Positions 1 to 15,476 of a stretch of 64,000 nucleotides of DNA are shown here, in pieces (within the stretch, counting starts at the first letter, position 1; every line of letters begins with the position of its first letter). Source of the stretch: Selaginella moellendorffii (taxonomy: Eukaryota > Plantae > Lycopodiophyta); assembly GCF_000143415.4 (NCBI RefSeq), contig NW_003314265.1, positions 2,869,181-2,933,180 of the forward strand, written 5' to 3'. Below the pieces are notes generated by a model, which saw only the letters and a program-made list of their open reading frames with translations, did not search any database and was not told the origin of the DNA. The translations under genes and the position numbers were made by a program.

Positions 1-122
1 CAGTGAGAAATCTGGCGAGAAAACCATTCCGGGTGAGAAGAGAAGGGCGAGGAAAGAGAATTCAGCCAAACGTACTTGAGCTCGTCGAGCGAGAATCTCT
101 CCCGCCGCCTCCACGGCCACAT
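1..122 (-). CDS. 5' end of CLEC16A/TRANSPARENT TESTA 9 (GFS9)-like gene; exon 1 122-76, exon 2 starts at 11 and runs off the window
   Basis: ATG at 122 gives MWPWRRRERFSLDELK; a GT..AG intron (75-12) is followed by FLT. This resembles the plant TT9/GFS9 N-terminus (RDRFSLxELRYLTD, recalled from memory). Confidence 0.7.
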   Translation of the reverse strand, partial: MWPWRRRERFSLDELKYVWLNSLSSPFSSHPEWFSRQISH

Positions 123-158
123 CGTAGCAGCGCCTCCTCCCGACAGCTAGACCACTCC

Positions 159-305
159 CTACGGCCGCCACAGCACGACCGCGCACAGGGCACTCCCGCT
201 GGACGCTAGCGGCGGCGCTACCACAATCGGCAGGCATTGCATCAAGGTGTCGAGGAAATGGAGCACCAGGCGCACAACAACGATCCAAACCCCAGAGTTC
301 AGCAT
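159..305 (-). promoter_or_regulatory. Candidate upstream ORF (48 aa) in the leader of the TT9-like gene
   Basis: ATG at 305, MLNSGVWIVVVRLVLHFLDTLMQCLP...WRP*, stop 36 nt before the main ATG; transcription start unknown. Confidence 0.4.
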
Positions 306-1810
306 GTAGAGCCGACTTCCCGCGAGCTGGGAGCCAGGATCTAAGCGCGGCGGATCCAAAATCCGGGAGAATTGGAGCCGATGCGCGAGAACCTACAAAC
401 AAACGGGGGTCACAAGCCCTAGAATCGTGTCCAGAGCATATGCTAAGAGAGTGTTAGACTTAACACGTTGCACTTCCCACGCGGGGGTCGCGAGTTCGAC
501 CCTCGCCGAAGTACTGATACTCGCGAGCCTTAGAATTTATAAAAGTTGGCGCCAAAGTAGAACCCACGGGTTTAGGGCTGTGGCTAGGATGACTGCAGGA
601 GCGTCTATTCAATACAACTCGAACTTCTTAATTTACGCCGATCTCGACTCATGGGTTACATTCGAGCATCTCTGGAGCTATCAACGTGCGGTACGCCGAG
701 AGCTCTGGAGCACGCATTTACAAAGTAGGAATATGTACAGCGTATTTGTTTGCAGGATGAATGACGAGCTGCGGGCTGCGGTGGGAACATCAGATTGCTG
801 GGTATGTGTTAATCTCTCTTCTTGTTGCTGTGAATGTTTGGCGTTCGGTTATAGGATTGGTATGCGCAAAACATGTCCTTGGTGGTGAGACGCACATCAC
901 TTGCGATGGTGTTGCTGTGCCGAAATGGGGAGGACGAGAGGCTGAACCGTCCAAGTTCTCTTTCCCGTCTCAAAAATGCCGCAAGTACTCACTCTTTCGC
1001 TAGCTTGTTCGCACAGGAGCGGCTGACTACAGCAGACTCCTATGCGTCAAATCACCTAGTGTGTCACATGGATAGCGATTATACAAGCGTTTTCACCACT
1101 CGGATTGACGCACTCGTGAGTATTGTATACTTTTACTCCGCAAACGAGCTTGTGATGTGCGAACTCGAGGAAGCTTGCCGCCAAACAGGGGCTGATGAAT
1201 GCAGGACATTCAGAGCTTCTGCGACAGAAAGTGGCCAATGGAGTGACTCGAGAGGTGAGTGGACAGTTATACAGCGCCGCAGAGGACAAAGAGGAAGGCC
1301 CAATCTAAATATTCCCCGATCCTGCCGATGAATCTGAATCTGAAGACGAAGACGACTCGTCCAAAGACGAAGACATGACGCTAAGGCTATATGGTGTTAG
1401 ACCCCATGGTTTCCGCCCTCTAGGAGTACACCCATAAACCGGTCAGTACCCAAACCCGTCACCTTTTGCCGGACAGGGATCCCTGCATAAGGATGATGGA
1501 CCTCAAGGTAACTCTTTTTCTTCTTTTCTATATGTTGTTTGAGATTTTCTTATCAGGAAAAGGACCTCATGTTTGTAAAGTCGGCTCTTGCTAGTTTGTA
1601 ATTAAATGCGGGAACATAAAAGAGTGGTTTGTATTGTAATTCCTGTTGGAGGTCAGATACACAGAGGCAAAGCAAAGGGATGTTTGGCATTTGACATGAG
1701 CTTTTGTCTTTTCAGAGATATGTTGCTTCGTGGTTTCCTACTGGTTCCTTTACTGGCTTGGTGTCTTTCGTTATTTCGTTTTTCACCTTTTAACTGACTT
1801 GTTTCTCAGC

Positions 1811-2158
1811 CCTTTACAAGGAGTGCCAGCATCTAAAATCATTGCTACTCACATTACAAAGACGGAGTCAGAAGCTGCTGAGCATCCTGGTCTCACTTAC
1901 AGGTATGCCAGAGTGTGTAGCAAATATGAGATATTGTTCTTTTGCCATTACAGGGACGCTATATCATTTACTTGCGATGAGGGCATTAAACACGTAGCGC
2001 TCCCAGCTATCTCGTGCGGACATGGCAGGATTGTACTCACACCTTACCTCTTGTATACTGAGTTAGCATATTACAGGTTTCCTCCGGATAAAGAGGCACA
2101 GATTGCTGTAGAGAGCGCACAAAGGGCACTCAAAAGTGCTAAGGCTCCATTGAGCTAA
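1811..2158 (+). pseudogene. Macro-domain (ADP-ribose binding/hydrolase) gene remnant; further disrupted exon-like sequence at ~757-1700
   Basis: PASKII...YR / DAISFTCDEGIKHVALPAISCGHG / FPPDKEAQIAV matches the macro C-terminal IAFPAISCGxYGYP region. One intron donor reads GA instead of GT, and upstream frames contain stops. Confidence 0.55.
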
Positions 2159-2879
2159 GCTGCCCTGGATTAACTTTCTGGCTTAACTTAAATCTGAAGA
2201 GTAATTAGTGTTGTGATTAGCTAATTAATTTTAAACTGTTGATCTCTTTGTAAGTGATGGTCTCGGGCATATAACGTTATAGCCAGATCGCACTGTGGAA
2301 TGTGCCCATGAAAATAAGTGTTAAAGAGGTTTTCCATGCACTTATGGAGAAATCATTGTTGTGGTATTTAGACTCAAAGTCTTTGTGGATCCCGAAAGAT
2401 ATATATAGCTGGCAGCCAGGACAGCTATATAACCATATTACTGTTCAGATCAAGTACAAACCAGAACCCGTTACCTCTTGACGGAGGGGCTGATCAGGAA
2501 AAGGACCTTAAGCTTCTGCTCTTGCAAGTTTGCAATTAAAAATGGGGATATGAAGGAGGGGAGTTTAACATTTGACTTTTGCTTGCCCACTCTATTGCAT
2601 TGTTTTCAAGGTTTGAACTTCTTCTTGCTTTGATTTCATTGTAACTTGTTTATTACTTGGACTAATGCTCAAGTAAGAGGTCTAGTCTGGCTAGGGCAAG
2701 CAATTGCTATAAGTGGATATGCCTAGATTAGACACATTTTACCACTAATGGTTATTATTTATTGAGGTTAATTTTTGTGATTATAAATGTAAGCTTTTTA
2801 AACACCTCCAAGTATATTCTAGGTTATTCACTTCCAATATAATTTATAAACTTTCTTAAACATACGCCATCCTCTCAAA

Positions 2880-6745
<3,866 letters not shown>

Positions 6746-6948
6746 TAGCAGGATCGTCCCGAAATATTGCTTCTTGAGACGCAAGCGTTAACTTTATTAT
6801 ATACACATACTAATCTCATCTCCAGCTATAAAACGAAGCTTCCAGAGAAAGGAAATTCTCTTCTTGAGGCCTTTGATGATCAATCTCCTGCTCCGGCGTG
6901 CGAGCGAAAAACACCCGTGCCTGTATAAAACACCTTTCGCCTATGTAT

Positions 6949-7923
6949 CTATACGACAACCTCGAAGAAGTCACACGAGTTGCACAGAATGAACAGGCTC
7001 TGGAACTCGTCTTTGAAGGTGAAGACCGGTTGGCTGCTACAGCCCGAGCTGTAGTGTTGATCCATCAGCTCTGCCAACCGGATGCGCACAAATTCCACTC
7101 CCACCTGCACAAACATTCTCGATCGAGTTCTATGCACTGAATGGTAAAATCATTCATTCACCTTGAGCTTGTCGCGCTGACTTCCCAAGTCCAGGCAGCC
7201 ATTACTGCTGCATCTGATGCTATTTTCTTTGTCCAACAGGAATCCTCGCCGACAAAGCGGGCAAAGTACACCATTTTCCTGCGAGAGAACTTGAAATCGC
7301 AAAACGTTTCGAAGGGAAGCCAAGAAAGCTCGACAAACCTGGTGATTCTGCTCCAAAAGACTGGCCAACGAGGAATCCTCGAGAGCTGTCGCCTTCTCGT
7401 AGTCCTCGAGATCGTCTATAGCTAGATCTCAGCTCAAAGTTGTCGTTCCAAGAATTAAAAATCCATACCGTGCTGCTGCTGCTCAGGATACGTGCCTTGG
7501 TACAAAACCGCTTGCATTGCGAGCATAAGATCCTCGTACTCTTGTGGCGATAGCTCCGACGGCGACTTTGATCCAGCAGAGGAATAGTTCCAGAGCATGT
7601 CACCATCGCCGTCCTCTCCTCCAATCCGGATGTTCTCCAGCTCCTTGCTCATAATCTCCTTGATCACCTGCAAGGAAAACACAAAGAAGAAGGAAAACAA
7701 TAGAAAACAAATGAAGGTAGTCACGCCACACCTGTTCTTGAGACTTTGGCGATCGCAATTCCCAGAGCAGCTGGCTCCTGTGGTGGTTCATGCGCATCAA
7801 GCACGATTCTCTCAGCTACAACCGAAGAAATTAGTGAGAGCTATGAAGAAAAGCGCCACTCACCTTGGCCTTCCATGCTGCCGCCTTGTCGCTGGGCGAT
7901 TTCCTTGCCCTAGAGGTGTTCAT
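6949..7923 (-). CDS. RPAIN: RPA-interacting protein (RPAIN/RIP), multi-exon
   Basis: N-terminal WKAK/LRESCLMRMNHHRSQLLWELR, acidic middle (EYEDLMLAMQAVLY), C-terminal Zn-finger motifs CPLCRRG..C..C and HYSSGC..P.F..LFILCNSCDFFEVV*; short GT-AG introns. Confidence 0.8.
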
Positions 7924-8899
7924 CTTATTAGGGCTCTTCTTTGCCGCCAAATTTTTGTCTTTTCTCTGTCCGACAATAAAACATTTAATAGAAAATGATT
8001 GTTACAAATTGAACATTAAGAGATTTTTATTTAATACAATAAGGTTAAATTAGGATTAATGAGGTTATTGATAAATTATTATGCATAAAGACATATTAAT
8101 TGATTGGAATAACTATTTAGTCAAAGTTTGACATGTTTATCCGAAATTGTGTATCATTTTGCCATATTCAAAACAATTCAATAAAATAATAATTGAATAA
8201 TTATTATTTTTTCAACAGTAATCTTTTCTATTATAAAAGAGTTTTAGAATGTAATAAAAAACTTTAACATTTAACAATATTATATTACTTATAATTTCTG
8301 TTAATATTACAAATTTAAATAAATAAATTATATAAAATAAATATTTAGAAATATCATAATAACAAATTGAGATAAAACATGGAAAAAACATAAGAAAATT
8401 TTGAAATTAAAACTTTAGCAACTATTATATGTTTCAGATAATTAATGAATGTTTTTTAAAAAAAGTAAAAGTTAATTTTACAATATATCCCAAACTTACT
8501 ACTAGTTAGTTATTTTTTATTTAGTTTTTCTATAAAAAGTTTAATCTTTATAAATTTAGTTATGTAAACAAGTTTTTACTCATTACACACTTTCTATATT
8601 GACATTGACTACCTCATGATATATTATTGTTATTTCAAACAAATATCACTAATATTTAATTATATTTTTATGTAAAATTTATGAATCTTTATTTTTAAGC
8701 ATCTATTTAAACTTTTAATTGATAACTCATATTTTAACCATATTTCTATTTTAAGTATTTTAAAAATTTAAAATTTACAGAATAATAATTTTTTTTTAAT
8801 ATTTAAAAGTAAAAAATATACACTTATGATTATAATATATTCATATATATATATATCCACCCATAAAGTTACTGTTTTATGTAAAGCTAAATCTTGATT

Positions 8900-9074
8900 T
8901 GTGAGTGCTTGGAATATGGAAAGGGAATACAGAAAATGGGCATATCAATTAGCCCAAAAACCTAGGTTATATACAGGAGCAAGTGATCTGGATTGAAACC
9001 AATCCAACGGCTACCAAAATCCCATTACGTTAATATTAATATACGGCATCGTAGCTGTACACTTAGCCCTCACA
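8900..9074 (-). repeat. 3' LTR (175 bp, TG...CA); polypurine tract GAGAGGAAGGAATGA adjoins at 9075-9089
   Basis: Direct repeat of 13683-13857 with about 24 differences in ~170 nt by eye. Confidence 0.9.
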
Positions 9075-12000
9075 TCATTCCTTCCTCTCAGAATAATGAA
9101 AGACCATCAGAGTTCTCTTGTAGATGGGCCGGGATCTGGAGGAACATTAGGAGGCATTGGCAGATCTATAGGTGGTATTAATTGCTCTTGATCCTTTTAT
9201 ATGAAGCATTTTAACTGTTGCACATGCACAATCTTTGGAGGATTGACTTGCTGGACATCATGCCAAACCTCATAAACTTGTGGTCCCACTTGCCATAACA
9301 CTCGATATAGTCTTTTCTACTGAGCAAGGAGCCTTTTAAATAAACCATGTACTGTAAGATGGGGAAAATGGACTAACACCAAGTCATCCACTTGATATTT
9401 CGGAGGTGGATGATGTAACATCGTTGTTGTCCCACTTGTATATGGTCTAAGTGTTCGGCAGACTTTACTCGGACAAATGGAAGAATGTTCGTCAAATACT
9501 AATCCCATGACCTAGCATCGGCAGCTCGTGGCAATTGTGAAGGTAAACCCAGCTCCGTTGGTAATATTGGATCATGATCATATAGAAGTTTATATGGTGA
9601 AGCACCAACAGAACTTTGAAGAGACAGTAAATAACCATCCCAATCCGAATCCTGAAAGTTCACATACTTCGTGATCATCCCTTTGAATGTCTAAACGAGC
9701 CGTTCCACTAAACCGTTTGATTGTGAATGATAAGCACTCGTAAAAGTGTGGTGTATCCCCAACCGAGACGTCAAAACATAAAATGCCTCAGCCATAAATG
9801 TGGGACTATTATCCGAAAGAATCCGCTTTGGACAAGAATGCTGAAATACCACTTGATTGAGGAGGAAGTATCTAACAATAGTTGTAGAGGCACTAGCAAG
9901 AGCACCAACTTCCACCTAATGAATGAAGTAGTTAGAAGCAATGATAACATATTCATTGCCAGTAGTTGACCGTGGAAAAGGTCCCATAAGATTAAACGCC
10001 ACCAACTCAAACAAACAGGAAATTGTAATTGACTCCAATCGTCCTTCCACGGCACGAGGGGGAGTATTACGAGCTTGGCACCAAATGCAGCTACGCACAT
10101 ACTGGATAATATCACGTCGTATCTCTAGCCAATAGAAAGACCTGTGCAGCTTCTTGATCACACAATGATGTCCTATATGCCCACCTAGAACAAGAGAATC
10201 ATGGTAGGCATGGAGAAATTGCAGAATAAAGATAGAAGGCACCACTAGCTATAAATGATCATTAGGATCCGTCCCCACAAAATAAAGAAGGCTGTCTTCA
10301 ATGCGATATTAAGAATGTAAATGCCAAAATGGCAAGTCATCAACAAGTGATGCAAACCCATCTCGAAGCCTTTAAATCCACAGCTCAGTCTTTTGAGCTT
10401 TGTGAACTTCATTAAGAGAAGGTAGATCTTGCTTTGCGCCTTGTGGACACTGAACGTCAAGTATAGCAACTGCTAATAGCACAGAATCCTCGTCTAAAAA
10501 ATCAAATGCTAGAACAACAGTCTTATCAAAAACATGAGAAGAAAGTAGAGAAGGAAGAGGAGTTCAAGAAAGGGCATCAGCATCAGCTATAGAACTCCCT
10601 GGGTGATGAACAACATCAAAATTATATATTTGAAGCTTTAAAACCCACTGAGCAGTACGACCAACAAAGTTCTTTCACTTCAATAATGAAGTAACAGCAG
10701 CATGGTCACCCTCAAGTAACGTCTGAGAACCATGTAGATATGTATGAAGTTTCTTGAAACCCCAAATTGCTGCTAAACACTCCTTTTCTATCATAAAGTA
10801 GTTCACCTCTACTGGTTGCAATGTACGGCTTATATGCAATAGGATGGCACTGACTAGGCCCACTCGGACTTTCTTGCAGCAACACACCCCCAAGACTAAT
10901 ATCAAAAGCATCCACGCGCAAAATAAAAGGTTGAGTGTAGTCAAGATATGCCAAAACAAGAGGAGTCATTAATAGCTTTTTGATATCCACGAATGCCCAC
11001 TCACAATCTAAAGACCAGATGAAAGATGATGTTGATGACTTCAACAATGCTCACAACGGTGTAGTGTGATAAAAAAGATGATCCACAAAACGACTGATAT
11101 ACTACACCTTGCCCAAAAAGCACTGCATATCATTCACACACTTCGGAGTAGGGAACTTTAAAATAGCCACAAGTTTGTTAGGATCAACTTGCAAACCCTC
11201 ATAAGAAATATAATACCCAAAGATAAGTTGTGTCCTTGGACCCAAACACACACTTCAACTGCTTTAGCTTTAAACCAACGTCCCATAGCCGATCTAACAC
11301 TTTACAAACATCACGAACATGCTCCTCCCATATCCCCTTCGAGTGGATCAAGACATCATCAATGAAATCAGCAGTCACTTCCGGCATATCACAAAGAACC
11401 TTGTCCATCATCTGCTGGAAAGTTGTTGAAGCATTGTTCAAACTAAACGGCATCACCAAGAACTCGTACAAACCAAATGATGTATGAAAAACAGTCTTAG
11501 GAATATCTTCTTTGGCCATCGGTACTTGCCAATACCCAGAAGCAAAATCTAGCTTGGTGAACCAACGACTTCACCCCAGATGATCCAAGAAATTAGCAAT
11601 GTGAGGAAGAGGGTATACATCCAGGATCATCACTTTGTTTAACGGACGATAGTTGATGCAAAATCAAATACTCCCATCAGGCTTTGTCACAAGTTGAGGT
11701 TCATATGCCCAAAGACTTTGCGACTTCCAAATAACACCCTTCTCCAACATTTCCTTGACGTTTGCATGTAAAATCTTGATTTCCTTGGGTGACCGATGAC
11801 AAACAAAAATCTTGATTGAACGAGCATCCCTGGTTGGAATCGGTGATATGTAACAATCTTGGCCTCAAACGATAGGTCAAAGTCAAAGAGATCAGAATAC
11901 TCCTTCATGAGCCAGTCAACCGTTACAACACAAAGATTGCCGAAGGGATTGAAAAAGGGAAGAGCAGAACAAAACAAAAACATTGGAGGAAATAGTGGGG

Positions 12001-13682
12001 AACAAAAGTAATGGAAGTAGAGGTAGAAATAAAGGGACGAAAAGGTATGGAAGTGAAAGGAATGGATGAAACATAAGGAAGTATGAGACAAGGGGGAGAA
12101 GCCTCAAAATCCCATTTGGCATGATTGTGCTGCAGCCAATCCATACCAAGAATGAGGTCAAAAGTTTGATTCGCCACCACCCACAATGACTGTAACTCAA
12201 GCTTGAGATCGCCCACACACACAACCAAGTCCACCTCATCCCGTGCACATGCATTTTTACAGCCATTGCCATAAAGAATAAAAACTAATTCTGCTGCACG
12301 ACGCAAGTGTAGACGGCAACATGTGGCAACAGGTTGAGCAATAGAAGATAAACTCGAACCTATATCAACCAACACAGAGAGAATAATAGGAGACCTTTTG
12401 TTATAAAAACAAGCTTGGAAAGTAAACACTTGATGAATTGGTGCCGAGTGAACCCCTTGATGATACTCCCGAAAGAAGATGGAAGGGTTACTGACTTATT
12501 CACGCAAGGTCCCTCCGTTACTCACGTGACTCTTTGTTTCCCGGATGCATCTCGGTGTCCAGATCTTCCACTGCAGCAGCACCAATAAGATGTTGTTGAC
12601 GCTAAAGTCTCCACCTAGAAAATGGAGATCGCCAATCTGGAAAATGCCGACAACGTCGATAAGTATGACCAACTTCATCACACGCCCAATAGCGAACATC
12701 ACGGCCATGACCACATCCTCGCCCTTGTCCTTGGACTCGAACAGTAGCAGCATCAACCTCTATTGGAACAAGATCATCACCCATAGGAAGTGGAGCTAAA
12801 GGACGGGCAGCAAGAAGTGGAAGAGACAACGTCTCATAACATTGTGCCAAGCGAAAAGCATTGTCAAGGGTGGTGGGAGCAAGTGCATGCACAAGTTCGA
12901 CAAAATCTTGACGAAGTGCTAGCCACAACATTCCTAGCTTGATCCGCTCCGACATATTTGGCTCCGCACGAAGCAAAAGACTTCGGAAACGAACGCCAAA
13001 TTGCATCACTGACTCAAATGGCCCTTGGCGAAGACGATGCAATTGTTGGAAGGCATCATCACAATTGTCGACATGTCCGAATGTACGTTTGAAGATGTCT
13101 GGGAGAACACTCCAATCTTCATGAGTGGCTGTGCTCAAACCATTGTACCACTACAATGCCATTCCTTGGAGATACGTAGGAAACTCACACAAATGTCGAG
13201 CATCATCCCAAGAATGATATGTGGCAATCACCGTGAAGTGATCGAACCAATGATACACATCATCCCTAGGATTCTTACAAAAGAACTCTGGCCGAATGCG
13301 AGGATTGGCACCAAGAGTAGGAGGAGTTGTACCACGTGCCGTGAATGCCGCCATCAACTGAGTTTGGTTGTTTAATTGCAAGTGCATAGCATCAAACAAT
13401 TGTACCAACTGTTGCTCCAAAGTCAAAGGAGAAGATTGTAGATTTGCCATAAAGATGAACAAAAAGGAAAAAGCAAAAGAAGAGAAATGATAAAAAGCTA
13501 AAAGGAAATGGAGATCTAGACAATGCAAAAAACTAGATTTAAACCAAAATCCTAAAAGAAAATAATAAAAGAAAGGAAATGGAAAAAAGCTAGATCTAGA
13601 CGATGCAAAAGCTAGATCTAAACTAAAATCTTAAATCCAAACATTCCTCAAGTACAATCAAAAGTACCCTTACCTCGACCAA

Positions 13683-13857
13683 TGTGAGTGCTTGGAATAT
13701 ATAAAGGAAATATAAAAAATGTGCATATCAATTAGCCCAAAAACCCTAGTTTATATACATAAGTGAGTGGTCTGAATTGAAACCAATCCAACAGCTACCA
13801 AAATCCTACTACGCTAATATAAGTATACGGCATTGTAGCCATACACTTAGCCCTAAA
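13683..13857 (-). repeat. 5' LTR; degenerate PBS at 13665-13681
   Basis: Matches 8900-9074. Its outer end is eroded (ccctaaat vs ccctcaca). Confidence 0.9.
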
Positions 13858-15476
13858 TTTAAATTTAAAAATATTTTATTTTTAATCATTTTTATAATTT
13901 TTTTTAAATAGAATGAACTTTTTATTTTATGTGTTAAAAGAACTTTTATTATAAAGAAATGGAGTAATAAAGTTATGGACACTTACAATAACAATAATAA
14001 AGCCATAATTGTTTTCAACTTCATTAAAAAATATATGAATTTGTGAAATTTTAATTATTTTAAATATTATAATTTACAAAAATATTCTAATTAAGAAAAA
14101 CAATTAAAATGCAAAATAATAAAATAAAATAATTTATTTTAATTAAAATTTATTTATTTTATATAGAATCATAATTAAATAAATATTATTTTTTATGCAC
14201 AAACTGTGGTGGTGACGGTTGTTAGGTACAAACCAAATTTCGGGGGGGATCTTTACTAGCCCAATGTGATAATGCAAGTCCATGACCAAAGTTATATCTT
14301 TCCTCCCAGTATCGCGACTTTTGTTTTACTTTCTTTAATAATAAAATTTTAATTTATTATTTATTTTTACCAGTAAATAAAAATAATTATAAGCACAAAA
14401 TAAGATAAATAATAATTAAAATTATTCTATAATATAGTGTTTTTTTTATGTTAGGTGTAATTTTTGGAATCCTTTTGTAAAGGTTTAGTTTTTTTTTTTC
14501 TTAGTTGTTATTTATTTTATAAAAATATAAAGGTTTTACAGCTTTTTTATTTACAACTGAGTATTTTAAAATTTATCCACTTTGGAAATGTTAATAACTT
14601 CATTATTTTTATAACTTTCACATAAACCATAAAACTTATTCAACTAATTTATAAAGAATAAATTTTATCATTAAAATATTGTTTTTATACATTTATTTTT
14701 TACTTAGTGTAAAACTTTATCTTTCTCTGATGTAAATGTAAAATTTAAAATAACATAAATTAAGAATATGATAATTTTATTATTTTAAGTAAAATAAAGT
14801 TTCTGATATGCAGTTTTTTTAATTATAAATATAAGGTTTTTTCTTTTGTTATTTGTGGAAATTTTTTTTATTTACTATTGAGTTTTAAAAAAATATTTTT
14901 AAATCTATTTTTTGGCAAGATCAGGTTTACCCTATACTCCTTATAATATTTTATAGATTTCTATAATATACAAGTAGTGATGGAGTGTGGAACATATAAT
15001 GTTTTTATTTTGAAGTTAATTTTTTAATTTTGCTACTTTTATATATTTATTTGTATAATTTTAATTTAATGGTGTCACTTAAAATAAAAACATGGTATGA
15101 GTATGAGCCATATTCATACTATGTTTTCATTACAATTATTTAAAAATTTTATGTTTTAAATTTGTTTTTGTTTTTATTATTTTAAATATTTTTCATTTAC
15201 TATTTAATTTTTAAAATAAATTTCTTTAAAGACTGATAGTATTTTGTACATACCAACAGTGACAGAACTTTGAAACATTTAAAATCTGCATAAGTACCAT
15301 TACCTATCGTTTACCACAGTTTAGATATTTTTTAAATTAGTCATTAAAATGTGTTAAGCCTAGTGCAAGTGTGAGTTATTTTGCCACATTCCTATTCCGG
15401 TGGATCTGCATTTCTTGCTGGATCTCTTAAATTTAAACCCTAATCATGAAATTAGTTCAGTCGACAATGCTGGTCA

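Larger units (their letters stand above)
8900..13857 (-). mobile_element. Ty3/gypsy LTR retrotransposon, full length but degenerate
   Basis: Domain order gag (degenerate CCHC, WACDEVGHTYRRC), protease (VLVDIGSS), RT (FGLYEFLVMPF, FIDDVLI), RNase H (DAFDISLGGVL), integrase (GHIG..C..CQ, YHSQSNGLVER). Two LTRs, PPT and PBS present; many stops and frameshifts. Confidence 0.95.

Noticed and set aside
8895-13865. Target-site duplication for gypsy copy 1
   Set aside because: The right LTR end is eroded, and the left flank tgatt has no clear match.
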